A stretch of 32,000 nt of DNA from Vibrio alginolyticus NBRC 15630 = ATCC 17749 (GTDB lineage Bacteria > Pseudomonadota > Gammaproteobacteria > Enterobacterales > Vibrionaceae): the NCBI RefSeq assembly GCF_000354175.2, contig NC_022349.1, positions 2,100,001-2,132,000 on the forward strand, given 5' to 3'. The notes beneath the pieces are model-generated. The model did no database searches and had not been told where the DNA came from. It saw nothing but the letters and a program-made list of their open reading frames with translations. This document shows, in pieces, positions 28,937-32,000 of the stretch. Made by a program: the position numbers and the translations under genes. The stretch's first letter is position 1; the number at the start of each line of letters is the position of its first letter.

Positions 28937-30094
28937 CTACGAATAACGCTCACTTTGTTCAGTATTACCAACTGGCTTTAAGATAACTACTGCTGAGCCA
29001 AACAATAGCAAAGCCACGAAAGCGACCCATTCATTGCCTACAGAATACGCGAAGCCCGCCAAGGCAGACCAAATCGCGACACCAAAGTGCATCATACTCA
29101 TTCCAAAAGACATTAACACACCTCGATATTCATCAGATAAGCTTGCGATATGTGCTTGTAATGCCGGAGAACCAACCCCTCCAGCAAGAGACCAGAGCAC
29201 TAGAGCTGGAAGATAAGCGGTAACCGTACTCATCTCACTTGAGAACACCCATGCACTGCAAGGTATGCACACCATTAAAGCCACTCGCATAACAGCTCGA
29301 GAGCTACCAAGCCAACGGCAAGCTCTCCCCACGCACATATTTCCAACCACACTCACGATCCCTAGAGCAGCATAAATAGCGCCCACCCAACCGAGCGCCA
29401 ACTCGCTGGTATCTCGAATATGAAGGCCTATCAGGTTAAATACACCAATACCTCCCCCTAGGCCTAAACACATCGCTAGAATCGCCCTCAACGCGCATGG
29501 AAGATGAATGACGTCTGTGATAGGTGGCAGAGTATCTGACTTCTTGGACTCATTATGCTTGTTGTTCATGGACACTACGCTCATGGCACCGACAAAGAGA
29601 GCCGCCACGCCCAAAATAATAAAAGCGGCACGCCATGATAAAAGCTGGGTCAACAATGCTCCGATCGCCGGGCTAGTTATCATACCTAGCGTTAATCCCG
29701 CCTGAACCATCACAATTTGACGCATCGCTCTATTACCCTTCGCGTCTCCCGCTAACGCGAATGCAATTGGTAACATGCCTGCACTTGCAATACCAGTGAT
29801 CACTCGAGTTGCAATAGCAAGTTCAAAATCATGAACTATGCCCGTCGTAATAGACGCAACCCCAAATACAAAGCAAGCAGGCACCATGATACGAATACGC
29901 CCAACTCGGTCTGATAAACGGCCTAGGTAAGGAGCGCAAATTGCTATGGCCAAACTATATGCCGTAATAAATAAGGTAACCTGACTCGGTTGAACACTTA
30001 AATCATTTCCGATAGGTTCAAGAATAGATCCAAGCATCAACTCATCAGCACCAACAAGAAAAGCAACGAGAAATAGGATCATGGACTGCATCAT
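28937..30094 (-). CDS. MFS transporter, drug:H+ antiporter (DHA1)-like, substrate unknown
   Basis: 385 aa with ~12 TM helices and MFS motif A (GRLSDRVGRIRIM) after TM2. A strong SD (CAGGAGGTGGAGCT-ATG) lies inside the end of the upstream ABC-F gene. The start overlaps the ABC-F stop (ATGA). Confidence 0.8.
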   Translation of the reverse strand: MMQSMILFLVAFLVGADELMLGSILEPIGNDLSVQPSQVTLFITAYSLAIAICAPYLGRLSDRVGRIRIMVPACFVFGVASITTGIVHDFELAIATRVITGIASAGMLPIAFALAGDAKGNRAMRQIVMVQAGLTLGMITSPAIGALLTQLLSWRAAFIILGVAALFVGAMSVVSMNNKHNESKKSDTLPPITDVIHLPCALRAILAMCLGLGGGIGVFNLIGLHIRDTSELALGWVGAIYAALGIVSVVGNMCVGRACRWLGSSRAVMRVALMVCIPCSAWVFSSEMSTVTAYLPALVLWSLAGGVGSPALQAHIASLSDEYRGVLMSFGMSMMHFGVAIWSALAGFAYSVGNEWVAFVALLLFGSAVVILKPVGNTEQSERYS

Positions 30095-31662
30095 AGCTCC
30101 ACCTCCTGTTCTGTTTCCGATTCAGCACAAGTGAGCAACGAAATATCTAAAACTCTATCAGGCCAAGATTGCAAAAATACCTTCTCATGAGATACCACAA
30201 TCACGCTACCGGAAAAGCGCTGGAGAGCCTCTTTAAGCGCATTTTTACTGCTGCTATCCAAGTGTGTTGTTGGTTCGTCCAACAGCAAAACATTGCATTT
30301 CTGAACCGATAAACAACACAGCTTCACCCGAGTTTGCTCACCACCGCTCAATGTATCTAAGTGGCGCTGCGTCTTATCCCCCGTAATCCCAAAGCGAGCT
30401 AATAGTTTGCGTGACTCTTTGCTTGAGATTGTTGGCGCACAAGAGCACAGCTCCTGTTCAGGTGTGTTCTGAGGATGGCGCCAAGACAAATCTTGAGAAA
30501 AATAACTAATCATTGCACCTTTTGCCAATACCACCTCACCAGAGAGTGGCTCGATCTCCCTCATCAGGGTTTTAAGTAAGGTCGACTTACCCACGCCGTT
30601 AAAACCAGCAACAACCAACTTTTCCCCGCGCGCTAACGTGATATCAAATACTGGAAGCAGAGGCTGCTGATAACCGATCATCAACGCTTTTGCGTCCATC
30701 ACATTCGGTTGCCCAATGGGCTGGTAAGCAAAGTCAAACGTCGATACTTTCTCTACATGATTCAGTTGAATACGTTCGATTTTATCCAGTTTTTTCTTAC
30801 GCCCTTTAGCAAGACTGGCGTTAACTCCTGCACCATTTTGGGCAATAAATTGCTCTAACTTTCGAATTTCATTTTGCTGAGCCTTATATTGCTTTTCTAT
30901 CAAAGCACCATCGTGATGCTTTTGCTGCATTGCTTTGACATAAGTGCCGCTGTATTTTCGAACCGTTTGATAATCAATATCACAAATACTGGTCGCTACT
31001 TGATTAAGGAAATCAACATCATGAGAAACCAGTAAAACGGTGCCAATGTAATCATTGAGAAACGTGACTAGCCATTCAATGTGCGGAGCATCAAGATAGT
31101 TTGTCGGCTCATCAAGAATTAACACATCGGGGTTGCGAAGTAACAACCTGCCTAAAAGGACTTTGTGCCTTTGACCGCCACTTAGCGAGACAAGCGGTGT
31201 ATCTAAGCCAAATTGATAAATGCCAAGACCTACAGCAACTTGTTCAATTTTGGTATTAATTGCATAGAAGTTTTCATCTTCTAAATATGCCTGTAGCCGA
31301 GCGACTTGGCTTAAAAGAGATGTAGAGTGAGACTCGGTCATCGCATGATACAAAGTCCAAAGCTTCTGCTCGGCAGCGTATAAGTTCTCAAAAGCACTCT
31401 TTAAGCATTCATAAACCGTCAGCGCATTATCCATCTTAAAATGTTGCTCTAAATACCCCACCTCAAGGTTTGGTAACCAGTCAATGCAGCCCTTATCTGC
31501 AGATAATTCACCGAAAAGCAGTTTCAATAAGGTGCTTTTTCCAACACCATTCGCTCCGGTGATACCTACTTTCTCTCCCACGTTAATACGAAAGGTCACG
31601 TTGTTGTATAATGTCTTATCGGCTACCTGATAAGACAAATTTTTAACTTGTAAAATACTCAT
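30091..31662 (-). CDS. ABC-F family ATPase (two NBDs, no TMD)
   Basis: 523 aa from ATG 31662; the track TTG 31674 lies in the terminator U-tract. It has Walker A GANGVGKST and GFNGVGKST, signatures LSGGQ and LSGGE, Walker B LILDEPTNYLD and LLLDEPTTHLD, and H-loops VSHD and VSHE. The interdomain linker is KQYKAQQNEIRKLEQFIAQNGAGVNASLAKGRKKKLDKIERI. Confidence 0.88.
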   Translation of the reverse strand: MSILQVKNLSYQVADKTLYNNVTFRINVGEKVGITGANGVGKSTLLKLLFGELSADKGCIDWLPNLEVGYLEQHFKMDNALTVYECLKSAFENLYAAEQKLWTLYHAMTESHSTSLLSQVARLQAYLEDENFYAINTKIEQVAVGLGIYQFGLDTPLVSLSGGQRHKVLLGRLLLRNPDVLILDEPTNYLDAPHIEWLVTFLNDYIGTVLLVSHDVDFLNQVATSICDIDYQTVRKYSGTYVKAMQQKHHDGALIEKQYKAQQNEIRKLEQFIAQNGAGVNASLAKGRKKKLDKIERIQLNHVEKVSTFDFAYQPIGQPNVMDAKALMIGYQQPLLPVFDITLARGEKLVVAGFNGVGKSTLLKTLMREIEPLSGEVVLAKGAMISYFSQDLSWRHPQNTPEQELCSCAPTISSKESRKLLARFGITGDKTQRHLDTLSGGEQTRVKLCCLSVQKCNVLLLDEPTTHLDSSSKNALKEALQRFSGSVIVVSHEKVFLQSWPDRVLDISLLTCAESETEQEVEL

Positions 31663-31671
31663 GTTTTTAAC

Positions 31672-31707
31672 CAAATAAAAAAGGGCCGGTGATCAATACC
31701 GGCCCTT
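31672..31707 (-). terminator. Terminator-like hairpin 1 immediately upstream of ABC-F start
   Basis: On the - strand, stem AAGGGCCGGT / ACCGGCCCTT (10 bp perfect) with loop ATTGATC, followed by TTTTATTT. The stem ends 18 nt before the ABC-F ATG. Confidence 0.7.
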
Positions 31708-31744
31708 ATTTCAATACTGGGTAATGCTTTGTAGCTGCTTAACA

Positions 31745-31779
31745 GATACAAAAAGGCCGATGATGAAATATCACCGGCC
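31745..31779 (-). terminator. Terminator-like hairpin 2 in ABC-F leader
   Basis: On the - strand, stem GGCCGGTGAT / ATCATCGGCC (10 bp, one G-U) with loop ATTTC, followed by TTTTTGTAT. Confidence 0.65.
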
Positions 31780-32000
31780 ATCTCTTCTCTTTTATCAGGT
31801 GTACAAGCTCCTGCGTATAACTTCAGCGAAGCTACCCACACATAAAACACCTGATGAAGATAATTTAAGACTCCGAGCAACACTTCATCGCGTTTTTTGC
31901 ACGGAGTTCAGCCTTCTTACAAAGCTTTTAAACAAGAGATATAACATGATTTACTGTCGAAAAAATATTCGATGTGAAGCGTACACCTTTAGAATAAAAA

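Noticed and set aside
28937-31900. Possibility that the MFS/ABC-F region is a horizontally acquired island
   Set aside because: There are no flanking repeats, tRNA, integrase or transposase, and GC content sampled by eye (~45%) is like the rest of the window. Accessory status can only be tested by comparative genomics.
31946-32000. Possible + strand ORF start (ATGATTTACTGTCGAAAA...) at the window edge
   Set aside because: Only 18 codons are visible, the SD is weak and nothing is recognisable. It cannot be supported from this window.

Overview
This window reads as a core chromosomal segment of a Vibrio species, judged from gene content, gene order and the protein sequences. GC is roughly 45-47% by eye, and the layout suggests chromosome 1 of a Harveyi-clade-like organism. 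I support 26 protein-coding genes. I found no rRNA, tRNA, CRISPR array, integrase, transposase or IS end. Gene order: trmL (5'-truncated) / fxsA(-) / aspA-dcuA / dsbD / LuxR-type response regulator (crbR-like) / nhaP2(-) / DUF4212 + Na+:solute symporter pair / orphan membrane-anchored protein / Fur box + small FagA-like ORF + fumC / SSS-domain hybrid sensor kinase (crbS-like, -) / HcaT-like MFS(-) / DUF294 nucleotidyltransferase + DEDDh exonuclease / acs / aroQ-accB-accC / prmA / dusB-fis / MFS(-) / ABC-F ATPase(-). Most genes end in clear rho-independent terminators. Several ORF-track starts look too long and were moved to starts with better Shine-Dalgarno or homology support. No convincingly new multi-gene system is visible. 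Four spots deserve a second look. (1) An ABC-F + MFS operon at the right end is translationally coupled and sits behind two tandem terminator hairpins. These hairpins have mutually exclusive pairings and an overlapping 40-codon uORF, so it is a candidate ribosome-sensing attenuator. (2) A conserved but functionally unexplained pair, a cNMP/CBS/DUF294 nucleotidyltransferase plus a DnaQ-like exonuclease, is wedged into the acetate-switch locus. (3) All acetate-switch components (crbR, symporter, crbS, acs) are co-located within about 17 kb. (4) A perfect 7-1-7 Fur box precedes a small ORF-fumC operon. All functional calls come from by-eye motif and homology recognition. No database search was run.
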